From Actinomycetota bacterium (GTDB lineage: Bacteria > Actinomycetota > Acidimicrobiia > Actinomarinales > Actinomarinaceae), in NCBI GenBank assembly GCA_027729925.1, contig JAQCEB010000001.1:23419-87418 (forward strand): DNA of 64,000 nt, read 5' to 3'. Both the position numbers and the translations under genes were made by a program. The notes beneath the pieces are model-generated. The model had not been told where the DNA came from. It ran no database searches and saw only the letters and a program-made list of their open reading frames with translations. Below are positions 1 to 9,863 of the stretch, one piece after another; the stretch's first letter is position 1, and the number at the start of each line of letters is the position of its first letter.

Positions 1-430
1 TTAAAACTTGTGGTATTTCAGATGCTTTTGTAACTAAATAGTTATGTTTAGTAGCAGCCATTGATAATCCAACTGTATAAGCTTCTTGAAAAGCATCGTT
101 ACCAATAGAAGTAGTTGCCACCTGACCTGTAATTGCTAATAGGGGAGTTGAATCCATAAGTGCGTTAGCTAGAGATGTAATTAAATTTGTAGCACCAGGA
201 CCGGATGTTGCAATTACTACGCCTATTTCGCCTGTAGCTTGAGCATAGCCTTCGGCCATATGTCCAGCACCTTGTTCGTGTCTAGCTAACACATGTCTAA
301 CTGGGCTATCATACAATGGATCATAAGCAGGTAGTATTGCTCCACCTGGAACGCCAAATACCGTTGATATATTCAAATATTCAAGGCTTCTAACTACTAA
401 CTCAGCACCACTTAAATTTTCTTTATTCAT
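1..430 (-). CDS. ilvB: acetolactate synthase large subunit (N-terminal part; gene runs off the window start)
   Basis: Reverse-strand translation from ATG at 430: [82 protein letters not shown]..., the typical TPP-enzyme N-terminus of AHAS large subunit. It lies next to ilvD, and an attenuator-like leader sits upstream. Confidence 0.85.
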   Translation of the reverse strand, partial: MNKENLSGAELVVRSLEYLNISTVFGVPGGAILPAYDPLYDSPVRHVLARHEQGAGHMAEGYAQATGEIGVVIATSGPGATNLITSLANALMDSTPLLAITGQVATTSIGNDAFQEAYTVGLSMAATKHNYLVTKASEIPQVL

Positions 431-442
431 AACAAGCTTTCC

Positions 443-468
443 AAAAAAAAACCTCCCATCTTGGGAGG
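443..468 (-). terminator. intrinsic terminator / attenuator hairpin in the ilvB leader
   Basis: On the - strand: CCUCCCA-aga-UGGGAGG (7-bp GC-rich stem, 3-nt loop) followed by U9 (+ strand A-run 443-451). It ends only 12 nt before the ilvB ATG. Confidence 0.6.
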
Positions 469-491
469 CGCTCAATCTATTACAATGAGCG

Positions 492-542
492 CTATTTAAG
501 TAATAGCACTAACACAGAAATGAGAATGTCTAAATTTTTCAT
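492..542 (-). CDS. putative ilvB leader peptide ([16 protein letters not shown]; Ile/Leu/Val-rich)
   Basis: 16-codon ORF on the - strand immediately upstream of the terminator hairpin. 10 of 16 residues are Leu, Ile or Val. An in-frame GTG at 563 would extend it to (M)[22 protein letters not shown]. The stop codon UAG overlaps a second hairpin (gcgctca 468-474 / tgagcgc 486-492). Confidence 0.45.
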   Translation of the reverse strand: MKNLDILISVLVLLLK

Positions 543-571
543 TAGAACTACTATAGTAATCACTACAAAAA

Positions 572-1675
572 ATGAAAGAAATAATTCTTAAAAATTTTTT
601 AAAAAATAATGGGATAAAAATTCCAAATAATTTTGAAGTTAAAGTTGTTGAATTACCTTCAAAACTAGATTTCTCGCAAAAAATTAAGACGGCAATAGCA
701 GACAATTTACATGCTGGAATGAAATTTACTTTTCGTGATCCAAACTTTTCTGGTTTAACTAATAAATTTGAATGGGCTAATTCTGCATTGATTATAACTT
801 TCAATTACAAAGATAAAAATGAAATTTCATTAACTCCAAAAACAGGATATGGCAAAGTTGCTAAATTTGCAGAAGAGGATTTTTATAAGCCATTATTTGA
901 GTTTTCTAAAACAATTGAAAAAGCACTACTAAAAGATCAAGTAAAATTCCAAACATTTATAGATAATCCCAACCATTATGATCGTATGTTTTTTGAGTCA
1001 GCAGGATTGGGTTGGCAAGGTAAAAGCACTATGATGTTATCTCCAGGTGTTGGGCCTTGGTTATTAATCGCAACGATTTATGTTAGTAATAAGTTTAAAC
1101 CTAATCAAAGAAGAAAATTCAGTTGTGGAAGTTGCAATCTTTGTCAAATATCTTGTCCTACGGGTGCTCTTAATAATGAATATAAGCTTGATGCCAAGAA
1201 ATGTATTTCGTACTGGTTACAATCTCCCAATACTATCCCTTACAATATGAGAATTGCTATTGGAAATAGATTTTATGGTTGTGATGATTGCTTAACCTCT
1301 TGTCCACCTGGTCAAGAAGTTTCAAAGATTAACATAAAAGCAAGTAAAGCAAATGTAGATTTAATTAAAATTTTAGATATGAATGATAATGAATTATTAG
1401 AAAAATTCTATTGGTTTTATATTCCTAAAAGAGATCCAGATTTTTTAAGAAGAAATGCAATAATAGCTGCAGCCAACAATATAAATAATGAATTAGAAGA
1501 CAAATTATTTGAAAAATTTAGTCATTTTTCCAGTTTTCTTAAGTTGTATATAATTTGGGCTTTCTGGAGAATTGGTAGATTGCATCGCATTGAAGAACTA
1601 ATATTTAGCTCAAATGATGAAATTTTCTTAAATGAAATTCAAAAACTTAAAATGATGAAAGAAGAAGTTTTATAA
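572..1675 (+). CDS. queG: epoxyqueuosine reductase (4Fe-4S, HEAT-repeat C-terminus)
   Basis: Motifs GLGWQGKSTMML, CGSCNLCQISCPTGAL, CISYW...IGNRFYGCDDCLTSCPPG and a C-terminal DPDFLRRNAIIAAANN HEAT-like repeat, matching QueG architecture. Confidence 0.8.
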   Translation: MKEIILKNFLKNNGIKIPNNFEVKVVELPSKLDFSQKIKTAIADNLHAGMKFTFRDPNFSGLTNKFEWANSALIITFNYKDKNEISLTPKTGYGKVAKFAEEDFYKPLFEFSKTIEKALLKDQVKFQTFIDNPNHYDRMFFESAGLGWQGKSTMMLSPGVGPWLLIATIYVSNKFKPNQRRKFSCGSCNLCQISCPTGALNNEYKLDAKKCISYWLQSPNTIPYNMRIAIGNRFYGCDDCLTSCPPGQEVSKINIKASKANVDLIKILDMNDNELLEKFYWFYIPKRDPDFLRRNAIIAAANNINNELEDKLFEKFSHFSSFLKLYIIWAFWRIGRLHRIEELIFSSNDEIFLNEIQKLKMMKEEVL

Positions 1676-1689
1676 TCTATGCTTGAACT

Positions 1690-3354
1690 ATGAAAAAAAT
1701 TTCAGATGATGTAACAAAAGGTATAAATAAGTCAGCAGCAAGAGCAATGCTTCGTGCAGTAGGATTACAAGACGAAGATTTTCAAAAATTTCAAGTAGGT
1801 ATTGTATCAGCTGGTAATGAGGTAACACCTTGTAACTTAACTGGACCTGAGCTTTCCAAACATGCAAAGTTAGGTGTAAATGGTAAAGACTCTGCAGGTT
1901 TAATATTCTCAACAATAGCTGTTTCAGATGGTATTTCGATGGGTCATGAAGGTATGAGAGCATCATTAGTTTCACGAGAAGTAATAGCTGATTCAGTTGA
2001 GCTAGTCATGCATGCTGAGAGATTTGATGGAATGGTAACAATAGCAGGATGTGATAAATCTTTGCCTGGAATGTTAATGGCCGCAGCAAGAGTTAATTTA
2101 CCTTCTATTTTTTTGTATGGAGGCAGTAGCTTACCTGGAACTTACAAAGGAAAAGATATCTCAATTGTTGATGTTTTCGAAGGTATTGGAGCTTATGAAA
2201 AAGGCAATATTTCAGAACAGGAATTATATGATATTGAATGTGCTGCTTGTCCAGGGGTAGGTTCGTGTGCTGGAATGTTTACTGCTAATACAATGGCATC
2301 AGTTGGAGAAGCTATTGGAATGAGTTTGCCAGGTACAGCATCAATACCTGCGGAAGATATAAAACTAAGGGATGCTGCTAAAGCATCAGGACTTCAGTTA
2401 AATTATTTATTAAAAAATGATTTAAAACCCAGAGATATTATGACTTTAGATGCATTTAGAAATGCAATTACAACAGTTTTAGCTCTTGGTGGTAGTACAA
2501 ACGCAGTATTGCATTTATTAGCAATAGCTTATGAAGCAAAAGTAAATTTGAACTTAGAAGATTTCGACAGTTTAAGTAGAAATGTACCTCATCTTGCTGA
2601 TATGAAACCATTTGGAAAGTATCACATGGTAGATCTAAATAAAATTGGAGGAGTGCCAATAGTTTCAAAAATTTTGCTAGAAAATAATTTAATAAACGGT
2701 AATTGTCTAACCGTTACTGGTAAAACTGTTGGAGAAAATCTTGAAGAGGTAAAAATCCCTAAAAATCAAGATGTTATTTCTTTTCCTAATAATCCAATTT
2801 CTAAAGAAGGGGGGATATCTATTTTAAAAGGAAGCCTTTCTCCCAAAGGATCAGTAGTCAAAACTGCTGGAATAGATATAAATGAGTTTGAAGGACCAGC
2901 TAAAGTATTTGAAAGTGAACAAGATGCAATTTCTGCATTATTTAATGACGAAATTATCAAAGGTGATGTTGTCATTATTAGAAATGAAGGTCCAAAAGGA
3001 GGACCAGGCATGAGAGAGATGTTACAAATCACTGCTGCAATAAAAGGTGCTGGTTTAGGAAAAGATGTTCTTTTAATTACGGACGGAAGATTTTCAGGAG
3101 GTACAACTGGATTGTGTATAGGCCATGTTGCACCTGAAAGTTTCGACTTAGGTCCAATAGCTTTGTGCAAAAATGGTGATTTAATAAAGTTAAATTTATT
3201 TGAACGTTCTTTAACTATTAATGTATCAGAAGAGGAACTTGAGAAAAGAAAAAAAGTGTACACTCAACCTGAACCAAGATATAAATCTGGTGTTTTATTT
3301 AAATATTCTAAACTAGTTTCAGGGTCTGATATTGGCGCTGTTACAAATAAATGA
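1690..3354 (+). CDS. ilvD: dihydroxy-acid dehydratase
   Basis: 554 aa. Motifs [41 protein letters not shown] and [15 protein letters not shown] are characteristic of IlvD/EDD family dehydratases. Confidence 0.95.
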   Translation: MKKISDDVTKGINKSAARAMLRAVGLQDEDFQKFQVGIVSAGNEVTPCNLTGPELSKHAKLGVNGKDSAGLIFSTIAVSDGISMGHEGMRASLVSREVIADSVELVMHAERFDGMVTIAGCDKSLPGMLMAAARVNLPSIFLYGGSSLPGTYKGKDISIVDVFEGIGAYEKGNISEQELYDIECAACPGVGSCAGMFTANTMASVGEAIGMSLPGTASIPAEDIKLRDAAKASGLQLNYLLKNDLKPRDIMTLDAFRNAITTVLALGGSTNAVLHLLAIAYEAKVNLNLEDFDSLSRNVPHLADMKPFGKYHMVDLNKIGGVPIVSKILLENNLINGNCLTVTGKTVGENLEEVKIPKNQDVISFPNNPISKEGGISILKGSLSPKGSVVKTAGIDINEFEGPAKVFESEQDAISALFNDEIIKGDVVIIRNEGPKGGPGMREMLQITAAIKGAGLGKDVLLITDGRFSGGTTGLCIGHVAPESFDLGPIALCKNGDLIKLNLFERSLTINVSEEELEKRKKVYTQPEPRYKSGVLFKYSKLVSGSDIGAVTNK

Positions 3355-4121
3355 TATTTATTTCCGATGTTCATCATAATGTTAAGTTTTTAGAAAAATT
3401 ACCAAAAGATTTGGGTCCAGTAATAATATTAGGTGATTTGATCAATTGGATTGATTATAGAAATGGTGAAGGCATAGCAAAAGATGTTTTTGGATATGAA
3501 AATGTTATGAAGTTAATTGAGCTTCGAAAAAATCACCTTTTTGAAAAAAGAAAATTGCTATGGAAGGAATTGTATTTTAGTAATCCTGAACAAACACAAA
3601 AAAAAATGCAAGCAGCAATTGAAAAGCAATATATTGAAGTATTTGAATCTTTAAAAACTTTAGAAGTTTGGTTTATTCCTGGAAATGTTGATGATTTAGA
3701 AATTCTAAATAGTTTTGAATCTAATAAAATAAAAAACGTAGATAATACAATAGTTGAAACAAATTTTGGAAGAATTGGTTTTGCTGGAGGTGGGGTACCA
3801 ACATTAATAAATGCAAGGGGGGAAATTTCTGTTAAAGATTTTCAACTAAAGTTAGATAAATTAAGTGGTGTCGATATTATTTGTACCCATGCTCCACCAA
3901 AAGTTATACCACTTATGACCGATGTTGTTACAAACAAAATTGAACAAGGTTGGCAACCACTAGTTGAGTTTATCCTAGAAAATAGTCCAAAACTCTCATT
4001 ATTTGGCGATGTTCATCAACCAAAAGCATCTAATTGGTATATCAATAAAACTAGATGCATTAACGTAGGCTACTTTAGGGCAACTAATCGATATTTAGAA
4101 TTATCATCATTGTATATATGA
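3351..4121 (+). CDS. metallophosphoesterase (calcineurin-like)
   Basis: Motifs ISDVHH, ILGDLI, GNVDD, CTHAPP and GDVHQP match the phosphoesterase signature set. The 4-nt overlap with ilvD suggests co-transcription. Confidence 0.55.
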   Translation: MIFISDVHHNVKFLEKLPKDLGPVIILGDLINWIDYRNGEGIAKDVFGYENVMKLIELRKNHLFEKRKLLWKELYFSNPEQTQKKMQAAIEKQYIEVFESLKTLEVWFIPGNVDDLEILNSFESNKIKNVDNTIVETNFGRIGFAGGGVPTLINARGEISVKDFQLKLDKLSGVDIICTHAPPKVIPLMTDVVTNKIEQGWQPLVEFILENSPKLSLFGDVHQPKASNWYINKTRCINVGYFRATNRYLELSSLYI

Positions 4122-5026
4122 ATTGTTTAGCTATTGATGTTGGCGGTACCTCAGTTAAATATGGAATTGTAGATAAAGATTATAAAATTTTACAAAGTGG
4201 AAGTTTTCCTACTCCATCAAATGAAGCGGAATTTTTAGAAAGCATAAATAACCTAGTATATGAAATTAAGTTAGAATTTTCAGCAATATCAGTTGCTATG
4301 CCGGGATTTGTAAATCAAGCTAATTCGGAATATTTATTTGGAACAAATATTCCTTTCTCAATTGATTTCAAAAAACTTAAAAATTTTGACAAATATAAAT
4401 TTTTTTTAGATAACGATGGTAATGTTGCTGCTTTTTATGAGTACAAAAATTATTTTTATACAGAATTTAAACATTTAATAATGCTTACATTTGGTACAGG
4501 TATTGGTGGCGGGATTATCTCGGATGGTAAGTTACTTCGAGGGCAAGGTAGTGCGGGTGAGCTTGGACATATACTTACCTCTATACAAAAAGATGTAAAA
4601 TGTAATTGTGGTAAAAGTGGCTGTCTAGAGGCAACAACTTCTGCTTCGAAGTGGACAGAAATCTGTGAGTCACTTAGTATTTCTGAACCTAATTCTGAGC
4701 TAGCAAATAGATTTAAAAAATTAAAAGTAGGATCAGTTCTATTTGATAATAAAATTAATTTTTCAGTTAGTCAAAAATTAGCTCAAAACGAAATAATTGA
4801 AAATATATCAAATGGATTAGTTAGTTTATTTGAAATATTTAATAACGAAATATTTGTTTTGGGAGGCTCTATGGCTTCACAGCCATTCGATTTGATTAAT
4901 TTTATTGAGAATGATTTGGCGAAAAGATTTAAGTTTCCTTCAAGAAAATTTCCAAGAATACAAATTTCTACCCAGAAAGGTTATTCAGGAATATTGGGTG
5001 CAGCTTCTCTTTACTTTAATGAATAG
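4118..5026 (+). CDS. ROK-family sugar kinase (glucokinase-like)
   Basis: N-terminal IDVGGTSVKYGIV ATP-binding motif and the ROK zinc motif CNCGKSGCLEATTS. Confidence 0.8.
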   Translation: MNCLAIDVGGTSVKYGIVDKDYKILQSGSFPTPSNEAEFLESINNLVYEIKLEFSAISVAMPGFVNQANSEYLFGTNIPFSIDFKKLKNFDKYKFFLDNDGNVAAFYEYKNYFYTEFKHLIMLTFGTGIGGGIISDGKLLRGQGSAGELGHILTSIQKDVKCNCGKSGCLEATTSASKWTEICESLSISEPNSELANRFKKLKVGSVLFDNKINFSVSQKLAQNEIIENISNGLVSLFEIFNNEIFVLGGSMASQPFDLINFIENDLAKRFKFPSRKFPRIQISTQKGYSGILGAASLYFNE

Positions 5027-5696
5027 TAATAAATCAATATTAATTCCAAGCAATTTCTTTAATCAGGATTACAAAGTTAAAATTGATAAATTAAATAATT
5101 CAAATGTAGAAACTTTATATTTATTTGATCACACAATTAACCCAATAACTGGATTAAAGGATGTTTATAACTTTTTAGATGGATTTGAAATTTTAAACAA
5201 TTTTATAAGTAGTAGTAAATATGTAGGTTCTTGTGTCCTAAATATTAATTCAAGAAGTATTTTAGATTTTAAAAAACATTATTTAAAGAAATTAAGTAAT
5301 GTAAAAAATTTTAAGTTAGGACTTGGCATTGGAGATTCATTATTTGAAAATAATAATAAATTTCATAACGAATTAAACGAAATAATTGAAGAAATAATCA
5401 ATATAAAAAGTAAATCATTTGCTTCTATTTTTTTAGGTGGTAATTCTAAAATTATACTTGAAACATCAATGAAATATTCATTAGGTTTAAATCAATGGTT
5501 AGGTACTAATGAACATTTCGAAAAAAAAATAAAATTATTTAAAAATTTAAAAAATCCAAAAGGTAACTTGAGTAGGTGCGTAGGTTTAAATTTTCCAAAA
5601 AATCAGGATGAAAAAGAAGATTTTGAAAGAATATATATTTTCAAAGATACAAACACTGAGATTTTTCTCCAAACAGTGGATAATATTTTTAAATGA
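5019..5696 (+). CDS. hypothetical protein (225 aa)
   Basis: Long ORF with good codon continuity. The start is placed at ATG 5019, overlapping the ROK stop (aATGaaTAG), rather than the upstream in-frame ATG 4905, which lies inside the ROK gene. No recognisable motif. Confidence 0.4.
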   Translation: MNSNKSILIPSNFFNQDYKVKIDKLNNSNVETLYLFDHTINPITGLKDVYNFLDGFEILNNFISSSKYVGSCVLNINSRSILDFKKHYLKKLSNVKNFKLGLGIGDSLFENNNKFHNELNEIIEEIINIKSKSFASIFLGGNSKIILETSMKYSLGLNQWLGTNEHFEKKIKLFKNLKNPKGNLSRCVGLNFPKNQDEKEDFERIYIFKDTNTEIFLQTVDNIFK

Positions 5697-6865
5697 TTGA
5701 ATTTAAAAATCAATTAATTAATGATTTTCCAGAATATTTGTTTAATGAAATAAATCACTTGAAATTAAATGCACGACAAAATGGTAGAGATATTATTGAC
5801 CTTGGCTATGGTAATCCTGATTTACCAAGTCACCCACTCGTTGTTGAAAAACTAATCGAAGCTGCACAAATTAAGAAAAATCATAAGTATTCAGTTTCAA
5901 AAGGTATTTTTGGATTAAGAAAAGCTGTTGCTGAAAAATACATGAGAAATTATAACTTAGCAATAGACCCTAATAAAAATATTGTTAATACTATTGGAAG
6001 TAAGGAAGGTTTAACTCACTTATTATTATCTGTATTAAATATAGGAGATAATATAGTTGTTCAAGATCCTAGTTATCCAATACATCATTATGCACCATTG
6101 GTAGCCAGAGCAAATACTATTAAAATTGATTCATTAATCGCGGATGACTTTCTTAATGAATTAGAAAATGAATTAAAACGTTCGGTCATTAAAGCAGTTT
6201 TGGTTTCTTTCCCGCATAACCCTACAACCCAGACTGTGAATCAAGAGTTTTTTGATAGATTAGTAAATTTAGCCAAATTGTACAAATTTTTGATCATAAA
6301 TGATTTCGCTTATTCTGACATCTTCTTTGAAAATGAACTACCGCCTTCTCTATTAACATCTGATCCTAAGCTAGAGTATTCAGTAGAACTTTATTCTTTA
6401 ACAAAAGGTTATTCTATGGCTGGGTGGCGTGTTGGGTTTGCAATTGGTAATGAAAGTGCAATTTCTTCATTAACCAAACTTAAGTCTTATATTGATTATG
6501 GGACTTTCCAGCCGATACAAATAGCTTCAGCTGTGGCATTGAACGAGTTGGATAATTATCCAACAGAATTATCTTTAATTTATAAAGAGAGAAGAGAAAT
6601 AGTAACTACGACACTAACGGGATTAAACTTTTCAGTTCAAGAATCAAATGCAACTATGTTTGTGTGGGCTAGATTACCTAAAAATTTTTCTGATTCTTAT
6701 AATTTTTCAAAAGAACTTTTGAATGAAGCTAATGTAGCTGTTTCTCCAGGAGTTGGTTTTGGAGAGAGAGGAGAAGGTTTCATTAGGCTTGCATTAGTTG
6801 AAAATAAGAACAGAATCAGACAAGCCATGAAAAATTTGATAAAGTTTTTTGATAATTATGTTTGA
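5693..6865 (+). CDS. PLP-dependent aminotransferase, class I/II
   Basis: 390 aa. GYGNPDLPSHP, the SLTKGYSMAGWRVGFAIGN lysine/PLP region and PGVGFGERGEGFIRLAL at the C-terminus are typical of the AspAT/AlaT fold. Confidence 0.8.
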   Translation: MIEFKNQLINDFPEYLFNEINHLKLNARQNGRDIIDLGYGNPDLPSHPLVVEKLIEAAQIKKNHKYSVSKGIFGLRKAVAEKYMRNYNLAIDPNKNIVNTIGSKEGLTHLLLSVLNIGDNIVVQDPSYPIHHYAPLVARANTIKIDSLIADDFLNELENELKRSVIKAVLVSFPHNPTTQTVNQEFFDRLVNLAKLYKFLIINDFAYSDIFFENELPPSLLTSDPKLEYSVELYSLTKGYSMAGWRVGFAIGNESAISSLTKLKSYIDYGTFQPIQIASAVALNELDNYPTELSLIYKERREIVTTTLTGLNFSVQESNATMFVWARLPKNFSDSYNFSKELLNEANVAVSPGVGFGERGEGFIRLALVENKNRIRQAMKNLIKFFDNYV

Positions 6866-7889
6866 CTTAAGATCTGATACTGTAACAAAACCGAGCAAAG
6901 ATATAATATCTTCAGCATTGACAGCAGAATTAGGGGATGATGAATATTCAGAAGATAAAACAGTAAACGACTTACAAGAGTATTGTGCAGCATTACTTGG
7001 GTTCGAAGCTGGATTGTTTGTATCTTCGGGATTACAAGGAAACCAAATTTCATTACTTATACATAACGAACCAGGAAACGAAGTTATTACTTTGCATGAT
7101 TCTCATATTAAAAATTATGAACATGGAGCCGCTAGTTTTTTGTCAAGAATTCAATTTAGAGATGTTGAACATAAAGATGGTGTCCCAGACCTCAATAATT
7201 TAGAACTAATTTTAAAAAAATCTAAAGTTCACAAACCTCTGATTAAATGTCTAACGTTAGAAAATACTCATCTTTCTTCAGGGGGATCAATAGTTCCTTA
7301 TTTCGAAATTGATAAAATTAATCAATTTGCAAAAGAAAATAATTTATATGTTCACATTGATGGTGCTAGAATTTGGCATGCAATTATCGAAGATCCAGCC
7401 AATCAAAATTATGGAGAAGTATGTGATAGTCTAACATTTTGTTTTTCAAAAGGATTAGGTGCTCCAATAGGATCAATGCTGTTAGGAAACAAAGAATTTA
7501 TTTCAAAAGCAAGAGAGTACCGAAAAATACTTGGTGGAGGTATGAGACAAGTTGGAGTTATTGCAGCTATGGCGAGAAAGGCATTAGACGGTAGGGAAGA
7601 GCTGCTTAATGATCACACCAAGGCCAGTAATGTATATCTTTCACTCGAGAGTGAGCTTTCGAAAAGCCACTTAATTTCAAAAATTACTTATAAAGGCACT
7701 AATATGATTTTCTTAGAAATTAATACTGATTTTAATCCATTAATTTTCATTAATGAACTCTACAATAATTCAATTCATGCTGGCTTAATAAATGAAAAAA
7801 CAGTCAGGTTAGTTTTTCATAAAGATATAAGTATTGAAGATTTAGAAGAAATTAAAAAGCAGATAGTTCATTCTTCTTCAAAATTTTGA
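6858..7889 (+). CDS. ltaE: low-specificity L-threonine aldolase
   Basis: Starts MFDLRSDTVTKP (the canonical threonine-aldolase N-terminus) and has the PLP lysine region. An alternative in-frame ATG lies at 6849. ATG 6858 overlaps the upstream stop (ATGtTTGA). Confidence 0.8.
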   Translation: MFDLRSDTVTKPSKDIISSALTAELGDDEYSEDKTVNDLQEYCAALLGFEAGLFVSSGLQGNQISLLIHNEPGNEVITLHDSHIKNYEHGAASFLSRIQFRDVEHKDGVPDLNNLELILKKSKVHKPLIKCLTLENTHLSSGGSIVPYFEIDKINQFAKENNLYVHIDGARIWHAIIEDPANQNYGEVCDSLTFCFSKGLGAPIGSMLLGNKEFISKAREYRKILGGGMRQVGVIAAMARKALDGREELLNDHTKASNVYLSLESELSKSHLISKITYKGTNMIFLEINTDFNPLIFINELYNNSIHAGLINEKTVRLVFHKDISIEDLEEIKKQIVHSSSKF

Positions 7890-8107
7890 TTCCACTCAGT
7901 AATAGATTTTTCTGACAAGTTTATTAAGACTATTGTTCCAATTATTCCAACAGAAATTGTAAATAAAATGTTTAAAATTACAGTTAAATTACAATTTTCA
8001 TCTAAATTAAGTTTGCAAAATGTATCACCAAGTAAATAACCAATATAACCCGAAAACATAAGAACAATTAAAAGAATTACTGCCCTTACTTTGTTGCTAA
8101 ATCTCAT
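7868..8107 (-). CDS. small membrane protein (79 aa, 2 TM)
   Basis: ORF with two hydrophobic helices. No motif. Confidence 0.35.
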   Translation of the reverse strand: MRFSNKVRAVILLIVLMFSGYIGYLLGDTFCKLNLDENCNLTVILNILFTISVGIIGTIVLINLSEKSITEWNQNFEEE

Positions 8108-8130
8108 AACTATATTAACTTTACCTTATT

Positions 8131-8358
8131 ATGTATTTTCCTAATCCATGGATTACAATTTTAAGTTTTGTTTATATATTTTTGGCTGTAATATTTGGCT
8201 TTAAATTTAGCAAAAAAATCGTTGATATATATTTAGAAAATATAAATCAAAATGCATTTTTAAAAAGTCTCGAGCCGGTTATTGGAAGCTTAGGTTTTAT
8301 ACTTGGTTTCGGAGTAAATCTATTACTTTTATATTTTTTTATAATTTATATTTCTTAA
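8131..8358 (+). CDS. small membrane protein (75 aa, 2 TM)
   Basis: ORF with two hydrophobic helices, divergent from the previous ORF. Confidence 0.3.
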   Translation: MYFPNPWITILSFVYIFLAVIFGFKFSKKIVDIYLENINQNAFLKSLEPVIGSLGFILGFGVNLLLLYFFIIYIS

Positions 8359-8376
8359 GTACTAACAATGACGTAG

Positions 8377-8910
8377 TTAGTATGTAAATATTTTATTTTC
8401 TTTTATTTCCTGTATTTCACAATGATTTGGACGAAATTCCTCAAATACTTGTTGTTTTAAAAAGTAATATGTAAAAGCTCTAATAGTATCCTGATGTGAA
8501 ACAAATAGAGTATTTTTATTAAGTTGGTATAAATGGTTTACTCTTATAAAAACATCAAACAGTTTTTCATTTACATCAGTTAATTTAAGTTTTTCAATTG
8601 CAAAATTACTTTTTTTACTGATTTCATTAAATGTTAAACCTATCCAATCAATTTGTCCTTTCCATTCTGTCATATTATGTGAGTATTTCACATCTACATT
8701 TAGAACTTTATTTATAATATATGTTGTTTCTCTTGCTCTTAGTAATGGAGAAGATACAATTTTTTCTATATGGAAATTCTTTTTTATTTTTAAAGCAGCT
8801 TTTTCAGCTTGATGACAACCAACTTTACTTAAATGAAAACCAGGTATGTTAGCGTATTGAATATTTTTAATATTTTCGACTTCACCATGACGGATAAATA
8901 AATTTGCCAT
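8377..8910 (-). CDS. histidine phosphatase family protein (phosphoglycerate mutase-like)
   Basis: N-terminal LFIRHGEVENI (RHGE catalytic motif) and LLRARETT (second Arg/His region). Confidence 0.7.
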   Translation of the reverse strand: MANLFIRHGEVENIKNIQYANIPGFHLSKVGCHQAEKAALKIKKNFHIEKIVSSPLLRARETTYIINKVLNVDVKYSHNMTEWKGQIDWIGLTFNEISKKSNFAIEKLKLTDVNEKLFDVFIRVNHLYQLNKNTLFVSHQDTIRAFTYYFLKQQVFEEFRPNHCEIQEIKENKIFTY

Positions 8911-8949
8911 TAATTTAGACTAACTCACTTATAATGTAATATTTAAATT

Positions 8950-9297
8950 ATGGGTTTAAACAAAGAAGAAGAAGAAATACTAAAGCAAATAGAAAAAGAA
9001 TTAATGAAAGATGATCCTAGTCTTGCTAAAACAGTCGAGGATTCAACTCTATCTAAATTTACAAGAACACGAGCTCTATTTTCTTCTGTTGTTTTTATTT
9101 TTGGATTATTGACAATGTTTGGTACTTATATAATTGAACCTGCAATTGCAGTTATTGGTTTCTCGGTAATGGCTTTATCAGCTTATGTATTTGTCTACAA
9201 TACAAGAGCATTACTTAGAGCTGAAAATATTAGTGAATGGAATTTTAAAAAAGTATTAACAATTTTAAGAAACAAAGATACCTCTAGACAAAAATAA
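8950..9297 (+). CDS. DUF3040-like membrane protein
   Basis: N-terminal acidic helix LNKEEEEILKQIEKELMKDDPSLAK followed by two TM helices. This architecture is typical of the actinobacterial DUF3040 proteins found next to dcw clusters. Confidence 0.5.
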   Translation: MGLNKEEEEILKQIEKELMKDDPSLAKTVEDSTLSKFTRTRALFSSVVFIFGLLTMFGTYIIEPAIAVIGFSVMALSAYVFVYNTRALLRAENISEWNFKKVLTILRNKDTSRQK

Positions 9298-9344
9298 AAA
9301 TTTAAATTAAATTTAAATTACATCATTTTTTTTGGGAGTAAGGT

Positions 9345-9836
9345 TTGAAAAAAAATGCTTTTACATCAAAGCAAGCTTGTTATCTTTCTGGTTGTACTTC
9401 GCATCAATTAAGGTACTGGGACAAAGTTGGTTTAGTAAGTCCTTCAGTTCAGTCATCCGAAGGTAAGCCAGGGGTTCCTAAGTTTTATTCATTTAGAGAT
9501 ATAGTTGCTTTAAGAGTAATTAAAACTCTATTAGATAATGGTATGAGTATTCAAAGAGTAAGAAGGGCATGGAAGTACTTATCTAAAAATGGAGATTTAA
9601 TTAAACACTTGTCTGAAGTAAAACTTATGTCTGATGGAAATACAATATATTCTGTTCAAGATAACGAAGTCTTTGATGCATTAAAATATGGACAACTTAC
9701 TTTTTTTGAAACCATAGATAACATCACACAAGATGTCAAAGAAGATGTTTCTAAATTCGAACTTGATAAAGATCGTTTTCTAAATTTGTTAACAAGAGTC
9801 GAAGAAGATGTGCTTAATCAACAACTTGAAGCTTAA
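9345..9836 (+). CDS. MerR-family transcriptional regulator
   Basis: TTG start. N-terminal HTH QACYLSGCTSHQLRYWDKVGLVSP is MerR-like. Confidence 0.65.
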   Translation: MKKNAFTSKQACYLSGCTSHQLRYWDKVGLVSPSVQSSEGKPGVPKFYSFRDIVALRVIKTLLDNGMSIQRVRRAWKYLSKNGDLIKHLSEVKLMSDGNTIYSVQDNEVFDALKYGQLTFFETIDNITQDVKEDVSKFELDKDRFLNLLTRVEEDVLNQQLEA

Positions 9837-9863
9837 TCCAAAGATTAAGGATTGAGGTAAATA

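Noticed and set aside
496-804. 102-aa reverse-strand ORF overlapping queG
   Set aside because: Antisense to a well-supported QueG ORF, with low-complexity sequence and no motif. Shadow ORF.
9298-9330. Tandem aaatttaaatt x2 repeat between the DUF3040 gene and merR
   Set aside because: Simple AT-rich low-complexity sequence expected at this base composition. No stem with a U-tract and no evidence of function.
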